Assembly: GCA_964469335.1 (NCBI GenBank)
Contig: CAYXYK010000003.1
Span: 3,315 to 67,314 of the forward strand
Source of the DNA: an uncultured Candidatus Saccharibacteria bacterium
GTDB taxonomy: Bacteria > Patescibacteriota > Minisyncoccia > Phycocordibacterales > UBA6899
Direction of reading: 5' to 3'
Length of the DNA stretch: 64,000 bases
Shown here: piece by piece, positions 26,937 through 36,688 of the stretch
Numbering within the stretch: the stretch's first letter is position 1
How the letters are laid out: each line of letters starts with the position of its first letter
The notes under the pieces: model-generated
What the model saw: only the letters and a program-made list of their open reading frames with translations
Told to the model about the DNA's origin: nothing
Database searches by the model: none
Program-made: the position numbers and the translations under genes

Positions 26937-27015
26937 TTGTGGTATTGCGCTATAGCCAACGACTTCGTTTATTCGGCGCGTTGCTCAATGGGATACTCGT
27001 TGCTATGATTGGCGG

Positions 27016-27984
27016 ATGAAACAGGGGAGCATCTCATTGGTCGTTCCGGCATACAATGAAGCCTTGAATTTACCCATTTTCTATGAGCGGGTCACTTCCG
27101 TACTCAAGAAAATCGGAAGAGACTATGAGATCGTTGTCGTCGACGATGGTTCCAAGGACAACAGTTTTGCTGTGCTTTCCGATCTTGCCACAAAAGATAA
27201 TAGACTCAAAGTCATCTGTTTTCGTCACAATTTCGGACAAACAGCAGCACTGTCAGCCGGCATTGAAGCTGCGAACGGGGATGTCATCATCCTGATCGAT
27301 AGCGATCTTGAGAATGATCCGGAAGATATCAATACAATCATCAATAAGATGGATGAGGGGTACGATGTTGTTTCTGGTTGGAGAAAAAATCGCTGGAAGG
27401 GTCAGTTCCTTACTCGTAAGATACCGTCACTTGCAGCGAATAGCCTCATCTCGAAAGTCACCGGAGTGAAACTCAATGATTTCGGCTGCACGCTCAAGGG
27501 TTATCGCAGGGACGTGATCAAGAACATCATGCTTTACGGTGAGATGCACCGCTTCATACCAGCATATGCAAAAAAGCAGGGCGCGCGGATCGGAGAAGTA
27601 GAAGTTCGCTTTGCGCCTCGAATACACGGAAAAAGTAATTATGGGTTTTCGCGTTTATTGCGTGTCCTTCCTGATCTCCTGCTGCTTAAGTTCTTGGAGA
27701 AGTACATGAATCGCCCGATGCACTTTTTTGCCTACGCGGGATTTTGGTCATTTCTCTTTGCATTCGTTACTGTTGCAACCGCAATAGTATTGCGATTTAC
27801 AATGGGGATTAGCTTGATCCAAACACCGCTCCCAACACTTGCAGGAGTGCTCCTCATCATAGGTACGCAGTTCTTCCTCATGGGTATCATTGCAGAGATG
27901 ATGATGCGAACGTACTACGAGTCGCAGAGCAAGCGTCCATACACGATAAAGGAGAGCATCAATATTCAAAGTGAACTTTCGTAG
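27016..27984 (+). CDS. GT2 polyprenol-phosphate glycosyltransferase (GtrB/ArnC/DPM1-like) with C-terminal TM helices
   Basis: ISLVVPAYNEALNL...YEIVVVDDGSKDNS...ILIDSDLENDP gives the DxD motif. It has two C-terminal TM helices. Confidence 0.8.
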   Translation: MKQGSISLVVPAYNEALNLPIFYERVTSVLKKIGRDYEIVVVDDGSKDNSFAVLSDLATKDNRLKVICFRHNFGQTAALSAGIEAANGDVIILIDSDLENDPEDINTIINKMDEGYDVVSGWRKNRWKGQFLTRKIPSLAANSLISKVTGVKLNDFGCTLKGYRRDVIKNIMLYGEMHRFIPAYAKKQGARIGEVEVRFAPRIHGKSNYGFSRLLRVLPDLLLLKFLEKYMNRPMHFFAYAGFWSFLFAFVTVATAIVLRFTMGISLIQTPLPTLAGVLLIIGTQFFLMGIIAEMMMRTYYESQSKRPYTIKESINIQSELS

Positions 27985-27987
27985 CCT

Positions 27988-29859
27988 ATGTGCGGCATAG
28001 CAGGATACATAGGGCAAGGAGATAGTAAGTCACTTGAGCAAATGATCTTCGCAATTCGTCATCGAGGCCCCGACAACAGCGGAGTTTGGGCAGGTGATGG
28101 GGTCGGGTTCGCACACGCACGACTCGCAATCATTGACCTCTCTCCTGCAGGGCAACAGCCGATGTGGGATGAAGATCATAAGACAGTCATCATATTCAAT
28201 GGGGAGATATACAATTTTCGTGAGCTTCGTGATGAATGTGTGAAGGACGGGTATGCTTTTCGCGGACACTCAGACACCGAGGTGATATTGGCATTATATA
28301 AAAAACATGGCGACGCCTGTATTGAACGCTTGAACGGGATGTTTGCGATCGCGCTCTATGACACGAAGACGAAGTCACTACTTCTTGCTCGTGATCGTAC
28401 AGGGAAGAAGCCTCTTTATTATGGAGTGTGGAACGACACTCTTGTCTTCGGCTCTGAGCCAAAAGCATTATTCGCGCATGCTGCAGTGAGAAAGGAGATA
28501 AATGCCGATGCGGTCGAAGCATATCTTGCTCTTGATTATGTGCCAACACCACTCTCGATATATAAGGATATGTATAAATTGGCGCCTGCTACGATTCTCA
28601 CATACAAAGACGGAGTGATATCAACCAGAGTATTCTGGCATTCATCAGGAGAAAGCTCGATGCAAAACATAGAGGATGCGATTCTCGAACTGGATCGGCG
28701 CTTCGCAAAAGCTGTCGAATCAAGGCTGGTGTCCGATGTTCCGCTCGGAGTGTTTCTCTCCGGCGGCATCGATAGTTCTGCTGTGGCATACTATGCTGCG
28801 AAAGCGAAGAAAGAGCCGATCCACACATTCTCTATCGGTTTCGACGAGGCATCATTCGATGAGTCGGTGTATGCGAAGCAGATCGCACTTCATGTTAAGA
28901 GCGAACACCACCACAAGGTACTCACCGGAGAGGACTCACTTCGAGTCATTCCAAAGGTATTCGCTCAGCTTGATGAACCGATGGCTGACGCATCAATAAT
29001 CCCGACCTATCTGCTTTCTGAGTTTACGCGGGAGCATGTAACTGTTGCGCTCGGAGGAGATGGGGGAGACGAGTTGTTTGGTGGGTATCAGACATTTCAG
29101 GCCGAGAAGATCCATCAATACCTCACTATGTTTCCTTCCGGGCTAGCGGAGAAAGTGCTCAAAGGAGTTGCGGGCATCATTCCCAGAAGTAATAGCTACA
29201 TGAGCAATGAATTCAAGTTACGCAAGTTCATTGAAGGGATGAATGAAGAGAATATGGCAAGGCGTCACCTTGTGTGGACGGGTACATTCAATGACGCTGA
29301 GCGCAAGCGTCTTCTGCTTCCAGATATACGTGCCGTACAAAAACGTGCCGATCCACTCGAGACAGGAGTGGCACAGTTCAATTCTTCACCTGCGAGTGAT
29401 CCGCATAATAAATTACTTTGGATGTATCAGCGAACTTTCATGATGGACCAAGTGATGGTCAAGGTCGATCGCGCGAGTATGTATAATGCGCTTGAAACTC
29501 GCGCACCATTTCTTGATACGGATGTCGTTGAATTCGCGAACTCGCTTCCGTACCACTTCAAACTCAAGAATTTTTCTGGAAAACATGTTCTCAAGTTCAT
29601 GCTCCGAGGGAAGATACCGGACCAAATCATCGATCGGACGAAAAAAGGATTCGGAGTTCCTGTCGGTGCATGGCTACGCGGACCACTCAGAGAATGGGGA
29701 GAGATGTTGCTTTCTGAGGAGAATATCAACGCGAGTGGAGTATTTGCCCCTGAATATATTCGCGAATTATGGACGGAGCACCAATCTGGAAAGCGTGATC
29801 ACCGCAAACGATTGTGGAATATACTGGTCTTTCTCGAGTGGAAAAAGCGATTTTCTTAG
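27988..29859 (+). CDS. asnB: asparagine synthetase (glutamine-hydrolysing) family amidotransferase
   Basis: N-terminal MCGIAGY (Ntn Cys2) and PP-loop SGGIDSS. Confidence 0.85.
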   Translation: MCGIAGYIGQGDSKSLEQMIFAIRHRGPDNSGVWAGDGVGFAHARLAIIDLSPAGQQPMWDEDHKTVIIFNGEIYNFRELRDECVKDGYAFRGHSDTEVILALYKKHGDACIERLNGMFAIALYDTKTKSLLLARDRTGKKPLYYGVWNDTLVFGSEPKALFAHAAVRKEINADAVEAYLALDYVPTPLSIYKDMYKLAPATILTYKDGVISTRVFWHSSGESSMQNIEDAILELDRRFAKAVESRLVSDVPLGVFLSGGIDSSAVAYYAAKAKKEPIHTFSIGFDEASFDESVYAKQIALHVKSEHHHKVLTGEDSLRVIPKVFAQLDEPMADASIIPTYLLSEFTREHVTVALGGDGGDELFGGYQTFQAEKIHQYLTMFPSGLAEKVLKGVAGIIPRSNSYMSNEFKLRKFIEGMNEENMARRHLVWTGTFNDAERKRLLLPDIRAVQKRADPLETGVAQFNSSPASDPHNKLLWMYQRTFMMDQVMVKVDRASMYNALETRAPFLDTDVVEFANSLPYHFKLKNFSGKHVLKFMLRGKIPDQIIDRTKKGFGVPVGAWLRGPLREWGEMLLSEENINASGVFAPEYIRELWTEHQSGKRDHRKRLWNILVFLEWKKRFS

Positions 29860-29975
29860 TGCACTTTGCCGTGATATCTCTCGGTTGGAGCGTCTAAGAA
29901 GTCATAAAATGCTTCCTCCTCGTTCGTCGCAGTAAGGTTGTGAGCGTCGGACATAATTGCTACACTAGGACAACT

Positions 29976-30557
29976 ATGTCGGGAAACACCCCCAAAAAGC
30001 TTAATCTTGGCTGCGGAGAAGACCAAAAAGAAGGCTATATCAATGTCGATTGGTCTCCACTTGCAAAGCCAGACGTCGTCCATGACCTCAATAAGCTTCC
30101 GTATCCCTTCGAGGATAATTCGATCGACCTGATCGAGGCATTCCATGTGCTCGAGCATCTTGATACGCCTTTTGCGATCATGAAGGAATTCCACCGCATT
30201 CTAAAAGTAGGGGGGAAGCTTCACGTAAAAGTTCCCCACTTCAGTCGCGGATTCACTCACGCAGAACATGCACACGGATTTGACGTGACTTTCCCGCTCT
30301 ACTTCAATAAGAATTTCACAAAGTCCGGGTATTATGGAGTACCTCTCGATCTTACCTCCATGCGACTCTCATGGCTGGCGTTCTTCCACCTCCTGCCGTT
30401 CATGGGCTATGGTCCCCTCATGATCAGTATCTTGCGAGGGGTGAATGCAGTCATCTCATTCATCGCGAACATCTCGCCGGCATTCACCAGCAGGATCTGG
30501 TGCTTCTGGGTCGGCGGTTTCGATGAGATCGAATTCGTGTTTACTAAATCAGAGTAA
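29976..30557 (+). CDS. class I SAM-dependent methyltransferase (type 11)
   Basis: LNLGCGEDQKEGYINVD and IEAFHVLEHL. Start chosen at ATG 29976, which follows AGGA. Confidence 0.7.
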   Translation: MSGNTPKKLNLGCGEDQKEGYINVDWSPLAKPDVVHDLNKLPYPFEDNSIDLIEAFHVLEHLDTPFAIMKEFHRILKVGGKLHVKVPHFSRGFTHAEHAHGFDVTFPLYFNKNFTKSGYYGVPLDLTSMRLSWLAFFHLLPFMGYGPLMISILRGVNAVISFIANISPAFTSRIWCFWVGGFDEIEFVFTKSE

Positions 30558-30565
30558 TAGTCGTT

Positions 30566-31333
30566 ATGTCATCACAGCACCGATTCGGCTATGAGTGGGA
30601 TAAGTACTCTTGGGTAAGTGAAAATTACGAAGGACAGTTTCGTAATTGGACCACTCCGTATATCCCAGAAGATTGGAAAGGGAAGAAAGTGCTCGATGTC
30701 GGATGTGGGATGGGTCGCAACAGTTATTGGCCGATGAAGTGGGGCGCATCATCTGTCACTGCATTCGATTATGACGAGCGTTCAGTCGCTCGCGCAAAAG
30801 AGACGCTCAAGGAATTCAAGGACGCGAATGTGCTGTATAAGAGTGTGTACGAGATCGACTGGAAGGATGAATTCGATATCACGTTCTCGATCGGAGTCAT
30901 CCATCACCTCAAAGACCCGAAGCTTGCCGTTGCGAATATGGTAAAAGCGCTTCGTCCAGGTGGGAAACTCCTTATTTGGGTATATGGTTATGAAGGAAAC
31001 GAATGGATTGTTCGTTATGTTGACCCTATACGACTCAATATCACTTCGAAACTACCGCTTCCCCTTGTTCATTTTTTGTCATATTTCTGCTCTGTGCCGC
31101 TTTATTTATACGTGAAATATGGGAACCCAAAGAGCGGGTATCTCAAGCAACTTGCAACATTCGATCTCTGGCATATTCATAGTATCGTCTTCGATCAGCT
31201 TATCCCGGACGTTGCGAATTACTGGAAAAAAGACGAAGTTCGCGGGCTTGTGGACGGTCTTGCAGTTGCGGAAGTAGATGTGTCCGCGCCGCCGAATAAT
31301 TCGGGGTGGATACTTCGTGCGACGAAGAAATGA
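30566..31333 (+). CDS. class I SAM-dependent methyltransferase
   Basis: VLDVGCGMGRNS motif I and LRPGGKLLIWVYG. Confidence 0.7.
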   Translation: MSSQHRFGYEWDKYSWVSENYEGQFRNWTTPYIPEDWKGKKVLDVGCGMGRNSYWPMKWGASSVTAFDYDERSVARAKETLKEFKDANVLYKSVYEIDWKDEFDITFSIGVIHHLKDPKLAVANMVKALRPGGKLLIWVYGYEGNEWIVRYVDPIRLNITSKLPLPLVHFLSYFCSVPLYLYVKYGNPKSGYLKQLATFDLWHIHSIVFDQLIPDVANYWKKDEVRGLVDGLAVAEVDVSAPPNNSGWILRATKK

Positions 31334-31334
31334 T

Positions 31335-32036
31335 ATGGAAAAGCAAACGATCGATAATTTCGACCTGCGTAACTTCTTCAAGCGTTGGCCGAGCGCTTAC
31401 TATTTCATCGGGACAGTCTTCGGTCCGATGATGTTTTCTGGGCTTTCTTCCAAAGGATTCCTTTCAAAGTATCAAATTGAAGGTAAAACCCTCAATCTTG
31501 GTTCTGGTCCGAGAGTGCTCGGAAGCGAAGTCGAGAACGTAGATATCCATCCTTATCCCGGAGTAGTCATCGTAGCTGACATTGCAAAAGTGCCTCTTCA
31601 AAACGGCTCGGTCTCCCGGATCATTTGCGACAACGTCCTTGAGCATGTCAGTGATGTCAACGGTGCAGTGAAAGAAATAGAGCGACTCCTCGCATCTGGG
31701 GGATTAGTGTATGTCGCACTCCCGTTCATCTATCCATTTCACTCGTCTCCGTATGATCGTAGGCGCTATACCAAGCAAGGACTAGAAGAACTATTCTCAG
31801 GATTTGATATCGTTGAAAGCGGGGTTCGTGCAGGTCCATTTTCCGCCTTGACCGTTTACCTGAACCATCTTTTTGCGTTCATCTTTTCATTCGGATCTGC
31901 TCGCCTCGCCTCACTTTTAGTGAATGTGGTCATGTTCGTAACATTCCCGATCAAGCTGCTCGACATCATCTTCAGTTACTGGCCGCGTGCGGACGAACTT
32001 GCCGCTGTCATTTATTTTGTAGGAAGAAAGAAATGA
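31335..32036 (+). CDS. class I SAM-dependent methyltransferase
   Basis: LNLGSGPRVLGSEVENVD and CDNVLEHVSD...LASGGLVYVALPF. Start ATG 31335 lies right after the upstream stop. Confidence 0.65.
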   Translation: MEKQTIDNFDLRNFFKRWPSAYYFIGTVFGPMMFSGLSSKGFLSKYQIEGKTLNLGSGPRVLGSEVENVDIHPYPGVVIVADIAKVPLQNGSVSRIICDNVLEHVSDVNGAVKEIERLLASGGLVYVALPFIYPFHSSPYDRRRYTKQGLEELFSGFDIVESGVRAGPFSALTVYLNHLFAFIFSFGSARLASLLVNVVMFVTFPIKLLDIIFSYWPRADELAAVIYFVGRKK

Positions 32037-33790
32037 ACGCGGTCATGCTTGCGCAACGGTTGCGCGCCAAATCCTTCGTGCTCTTCTTCGCACTGCTTGT
32101 CGGGGTGCTTTCCGTGCTTCCGCAATTCCTTGCACCGATGGCGCTCGGAAAAGACTACAAAGGTATCCAATTCTTCTATCTTGACGATGAGGACATTTAC
32201 CGTGCTCGTATCCACGAGATACTCGACGGCTATGGCAGAGTAGCATCACCGTATGTCTACGAATACAAAGAGGTCAAAACGGTCGTGCCACCGATCAACG
32301 AGTATCTCTACGCGGGGATAGCACTCATATTCGGACTTTCCGGAGCGATCGTCCTCAGTAAGTTCCTTCTTCCGATGCTACTGTTCCTTCTGGTCTATCT
32401 ACTTGTCACTCGACTCATTGACCGAGAGGATGAAGATGATGCAATGTGGAGCGGTATCGCCTCGGGACTTCTCGTGACCCTTGGCTATGATCTTGTCGAT
32501 TATCGCACCGTCTTCGATATCATCAGGAATGGGACCGACATCGAGCACCTTCTGGTTTGGACAAGATTGGTCAACCCAATCACTGGCGCACTCGTGTTCT
32601 TCTCGTTCTTGCTTGCACTATGGGCGGTCTTCGCTCGTGGGGGGCGAGCGAACATCGCAGTCGCGGCAACATTGCTCGCCGTCTCAGTGGGCTATTTCTT
32701 CTCGTTCGGCATCGCCGCCTCAACGCTTGGTGTGCTGATGCTCATCGGCCTTCTTCGCAAAGACATGCTGTCACTCAAGCGTCTCGGAGCGGTATTGGGA
32801 CTCTCGCTCCTCTTGCAACTGCCGTACTGGGTCTCAACGCTCTCCTCGATGGGAGGAACAGCGGGGAAGGTGACGGCACTGCGGAACGGGATGTTCTTCA
32901 CCCATGAATTCATCCTCAATAAGGTGCTCCTTTTCGTAACGGTGATCGTCTTCGGCGCCTTCCTCTATGCGCTGCGAACAAAGATCATATCGGCGGGCAA
33001 CAAATCAGCGCAATTCCTCCTCGCACTCATCCTCGCATGCTGGGTCGTGTTCAATCAGCAAGTGCTCACTGGGAGGGAAATATGGCCGTCGCACTTCGTG
33101 CAATACACTATCCCGATAGCGTTCATCGCGCTTCTCTATGTCGCATTCATCGTCATTCGGCCGAAGCTGCCGCGGCTATGGTTCTCATTCATCATGCTCG
33201 CCGTGCTCGTGTCCGTGTCGTGGGGAGTGTTCAGCGCCCTCAGCTATCGTTATGTGCTCGCTGATTTTCGTGACGCTCAAGGACAAGCTGCGCTCATCGA
33301 TTGGCTTAATCGGAACGGTGAAAAAGATTCCGTCGTGCTGATCAAAGAGTATGACGAGCCGCTCGAGCGGAATATCCCTGCGTATACGCACAGCAATGTT
33401 TACAGTACGACATATGGGTTCTTCGGTATCACCCCCGAACGCATCAAACACAACTTCTACATCCGCTTGCGCCTTCTCGGGATCGATGCAAACACACTCG
33501 CCGCATATCTCGATACCCACGAGGATGAAGTACGCGGGTACTTCTTCGAAGACTGGAGTCAGATGTTCGGGCACGGCAAGGACGCTTGGCTCACCGAAAA
33601 AGAAGCACAGATATCGGATGAATACATGGAGTTCCTTCGCGGCGACCTCAAACAGCAGCTTACGAAGTATCGGCTAGACTACCTCGTTTCGAAACAGAGG
33701 ATCATCGATCCGTTCCTCGCTGAACTGCCGGGGCTCAAGCTCATCGCTACACCGGGTGCATACTTCGTATATTCCTTCGCACATCAATAG
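32033..33790 (+). CDS. large polytopic membrane protein, possible GT-C-fold glycosyltransferase/polymerase
   Basis: About 12 predicted TM helices, then a soluble domain of about 160 aa. There is an acidic DDED motif in the first extracytoplasmic loop (FFYLDDEDIYRARIHE). It is adjacent to GtrA/GtrB-like genes. The assignment is tentative. Confidence 0.45.
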   Translation: MNAVMLAQRLRAKSFVLFFALLVGVLSVLPQFLAPMALGKDYKGIQFFYLDDEDIYRARIHEILDGYGRVASPYVYEYKEVKTVVPPINEYLYAGIALIFGLSGAIVLSKFLLPMLLFLLVYLLVTRLIDREDEDDAMWSGIASGLLVTLGYDLVDYRTVFDIIRNGTDIEHLLVWTRLVNPITGALVFFSFLLALWAVFARGGRANIAVAATLLAVSVGYFFSFGIAASTLGVLMLIGLLRKDMLSLKRLGAVLGLSLLLQLPYWVSTLSSMGGTAGKVTALRNGMFFTHEFILNKVLLFVTVIVFGAFLYALRTKIISAGNKSAQFLLALILACWVVFNQQVLTGREIWPSHFVQYTIPIAFIALLYVAFIVIRPKLPRLWFSFIMLAVLVSVSWGVFSALSYRYVLADFRDAQGQAALIDWLNRNGEKDSVVLIKEYDEPLERNIPAYTHSNVYSTTYGFFGITPERIKHNFYIRLRLLGIDANTLAAYLDTHEDEVRGYFFEDWSQMFGHGKDAWLTEKEAQISDEYMEFLRGDLKQQLTKYRLDYLVSKQRIIDPFLAELPGLKLIATPGAYFVYSFAHQ

Positions 33791-33878
33791 AATGCACGAG
33801 TGATACATATTCGACCCATGGTCAAGCTACCTTTTTGTCCCGAAATCGGTTGTATGTTACATTGAGCGTTATCGTTTT

Positions 33879-35564
33879 ATGACTACAACAGAGCAGCAAA
33901 CACAGACTTCTTCAGACGAGAAAGTCGTCATCGTCGGATTCGGATGGGTGGGGCAGGCGAATGCGCTTGCGCTGGTCCAAATGGGCTACAAGGTCTATTC
34001 CTACGACGTATTACCCCCTAAGCAGCATTACAGCGGCGCAGAAAAGCATCTCTACGAGAAGATCATTCAACTCAAGGGTCCGCTCGAAGTGGACGGCGAG
34101 AAGACCTCGTACATGGTCTGTGTCGGCGACCGTGTCGACGAAGAGGGAAGACAGGACATCGTGTTCATCAAGCAGGCGCTCGAGTCGCTACGCAATGCGA
34201 AAGGTGTGGTGATCCTTCGTTCGACCATCGTCCCGAAGTCGCTCGATGATCTTCATTTCGATCTCTATATTCCGGAATTCCTGCATGAGAAGTTCGCCAT
34301 CCAAGAATGTATCCGTCCGTACTATTTCGTGCTCGGCTCGGGGACGAAGGGAAGGGAGGTCGCACTGCCGTCGTATGTGCTCTTGTGGCAGGAACGCGCA
34401 GACAAGGTCTTCTCAGGGACCTATACCGAAGCTTCGTTCATCAAGTATTACTCCAACATGTGGAATGCCGTCCGTATCGCATTCGTCAACGAACTCGGTG
34501 ATGTCATAGCAAAGAATTCAACGAGTGAACATCCGTCGGAAGATGCCGAGAGAGTGATCAATTTCCTGTTCGAAGGGAAGAGCTACCTTCGCTACGGAAA
34601 AGGTTTTGGTGGACACTGTCTTCCGAAGGACATGCGTGCGTTCCTTGCTGCATACAAGGATGAACACCATACGGAGATCCTCTCCGGAACGTATCTTTCC
34701 AATGAAGCTCATGCCAAGTTCGAGCGTGAGCACAATACGTCGCTTCCCGAGTGGTACTCAGCGTGGAACTATGACAGCATCGTCGACCACCAGAAGAAAG
34801 CCGTCACGCTATTCATAAGGAAGATCTATCACTCTCCACCCGTCACGTTCATTCGGCACTTCTTCAAGCCCGCGGTGGTGTTCGGTGAGCGTTTCGTTCC
34901 GCCGCGCACGAAAGAAGAGCAGCGACGGGTGTGGGAGGAGAAGGCAAAAGAGAATGCCCGCTACTACGTGAACCAAAAGACGAGAAGCGCTGAGTTCGTC
35001 GACGAGTCCGAGATACAAGAGACAGGTAAGGAGGATTTCGAGCGACTCATCCTTGGCGACAAGAAACTGATCGACCGACTTCCGGGGGAGAGGAAGAAGC
35101 TGGTGGTACTCGATATCGGCTCCGGGATAGGGCGCATGACCGAGATGTTCGCAGGAGAATTCGGACAAGTGCACGGTATCGACATCTCGCCGACGATGGT
35201 CGAGATCGCTCGCCGAAGACTCGGTACGCTTCCGAACGTGTCGTTCAAGGAATCCGAAGGTGACAGTGTGCCGTACGGAGACAATACTTTTGATCTGATC
35301 TTCTCGTATCTCGTATTCCAGCATATCGATGACATCGCGACACTCGAGCGGTACATGAACGAGATCCGTCGTACGCTCAAGCCGAAGGGTGTCGCAAAAA
35401 TACAGCTGCGGAGCGGACTCGGAGTCAGGCGTTGGGTATGGTCCTACGGAGTGCCGTTCTCGCAGGAAAGCGCGGCGCGCCTCGCTGAGGAGGCAGGATT
35501 ACAAGTGCTCAACAATGAAGTTGAAGATACGAAATTCCTCTGGCTGATCGTCAGAAGACCATAA
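33879..35564 (+). CDS. fusion: short UDP-sugar 6-dehydrogenase-family domain (paralog 3) plus C-terminal class I SAM methyltransferase
   Basis: N-terminal VVIVGFGWVGQAN and GFGGHCLPKD (GGxCxxKD motif). The C-terminus has VLDIGSGIGRMTEMF motif I and LIFSYLVFQHI. Confidence 0.7.
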   Translation: MTTTEQQTQTSSDEKVVIVGFGWVGQANALALVQMGYKVYSYDVLPPKQHYSGAEKHLYEKIIQLKGPLEVDGEKTSYMVCVGDRVDEEGRQDIVFIKQALESLRNAKGVVILRSTIVPKSLDDLHFDLYIPEFLHEKFAIQECIRPYYFVLGSGTKGREVALPSYVLLWQERADKVFSGTYTEASFIKYYSNMWNAVRIAFVNELGDVIAKNSTSEHPSEDAERVINFLFEGKSYLRYGKGFGGHCLPKDMRAFLAAYKDEHHTEILSGTYLSNEAHAKFEREHNTSLPEWYSAWNYDSIVDHQKKAVTLFIRKIYHSPPVTFIRHFFKPAVVFGERFVPPRTKEEQRRVWEEKAKENARYYVNQKTRSAEFVDESEIQETGKEDFERLILGDKKLIDRLPGERKKLVVLDIGSGIGRMTEMFAGEFGQVHGIDISPTMVEIARRRLGTLPNVSFKESEGDSVPYGDNTFDLIFSYLVFQHIDDIATLERYMNEIRRTLKPKGVAKIQLRSGLGVRRWVWSYGVPFSQESAARLAEEAGLQVLNNEVEDTKFLWLIVRRP

Positions 35565-35566
35565 TC

Positions 35567-36676
35567 ATGAACAACAAAAAAGTACTCATCACCGGCGGAG
35601 CAGGGTTTGTCGGTTACCATCTTTCAAAACGACTCGCAAAAAAGGGTTATGAGATCGTCATTGCAGACAATTTCTTCCGCAGCGATGACGACGCAGACCT
35701 TAAGGAGTTGCTTGCACTTCCGAATGTCACATTGCGCAAACTCGATCTCACCGATAAAGCAGCCTGGGATGAAGTAGGTGAGGGATATGACTACGTGTAT
35801 CATCTTGCCAGCATCAACGGTACGAAGCTTTTCTATGAGATCCCGCATGAGGTACTGCGCATCGGTGTCGCGACGACGATGAACGTCCTCGAGTGGTTCC
35901 ATTCGAAGAACAATAAACCGAACGCGAAGATCCTCTATACTTCATCGAATGAAGCATATGCGGGTGCACTCGAGCATTTCAATCAGCTTCCTATTCCGAC
36001 CCCCGAAGACGTCGCACTCGTGATCATCGATCCGTATAACCCGCGTTGGTCCTATGCCGGACAGAAACTCATCGGAGAACAGTTCTTCATCCACTACGCG
36101 AAGGCATATGACTTCAGGATGTCGATCGTACGTCCGCACAATTTCTATGGTCCACGGGAGGGATATCATCATGTCATTCCGGAAGTCGCCGAACGTATCA
36201 AACAGCGGGTTGACCCATTCCCAATCTATGGATCGGACGATACCCGTTCATTCTGCTATATCGATGATGCGGTAGAAGCTATGGACATGGTGATGGAATC
36301 GGAAAAGACCGACGGGGGAACTTATCATATCGGCTCCGATGAAGAGACCGTGATCAGTGACCTGATCGACACCATGTTCGACATCATGGGATGGCATCCG
36401 ACGAAACTCGATCTCAAGCCGTCTCCCAAGGGGAGCGTGAAGAGGCGTCTTCCAAGCGTAGAAAAGTTGAAGCGCGACACCGGATGGAGTGCGAAAGTCG
36501 GAATCAAGGAGGGACTCAAGAACACCATCGAATGGTATGAGAAGAATCCGAGCAGACTCCGCATCTGCAGTTCATGTGGCGGAAAGATGGAGGTGGTCAC
36601 TGTCGAAGGAGAGACTGCACATACCAAAGCCGCGATCTATCGCTGTGTGAAATGCGGCAGAAATGAGAAAGAATAG
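35567..36676 (+). CDS. NAD-dependent sugar epimerase/dehydratase (SDR) with C-terminal CxxC..CxxC zinc ribbon
   Basis: VLITGGAGFVGYHL Rossmann motif. TSSNEAYA...YAGQK gives the S/YxxxK pattern. The C-terminus CSSCGGKMEVV...CVKCG carries four Cys. Confidence 0.75.
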   Translation: MNNKKVLITGGAGFVGYHLSKRLAKKGYEIVIADNFFRSDDDADLKELLALPNVTLRKLDLTDKAAWDEVGEGYDYVYHLASINGTKLFYEIPHEVLRIGVATTMNVLEWFHSKNNKPNAKILYTSSNEAYAGALEHFNQLPIPTPEDVALVIIDPYNPRWSYAGQKLIGEQFFIHYAKAYDFRMSIVRPHNFYGPREGYHHVIPEVAERIKQRVDPFPIYGSDDTRSFCYIDDAVEAMDMVMESEKTDGGTYHIGSDEETVISDLIDTMFDIMGWHPTKLDLKPSPKGSVKRRLPSVEKLKRDTGWSAKVGIKEGLKNTIEWYEKNPSRLRICSSCGGKMEVVTVEGETAHTKAAIYRCVKCGRNEKE

Positions 36677-36688
36677 TCTCCCCTAAGA

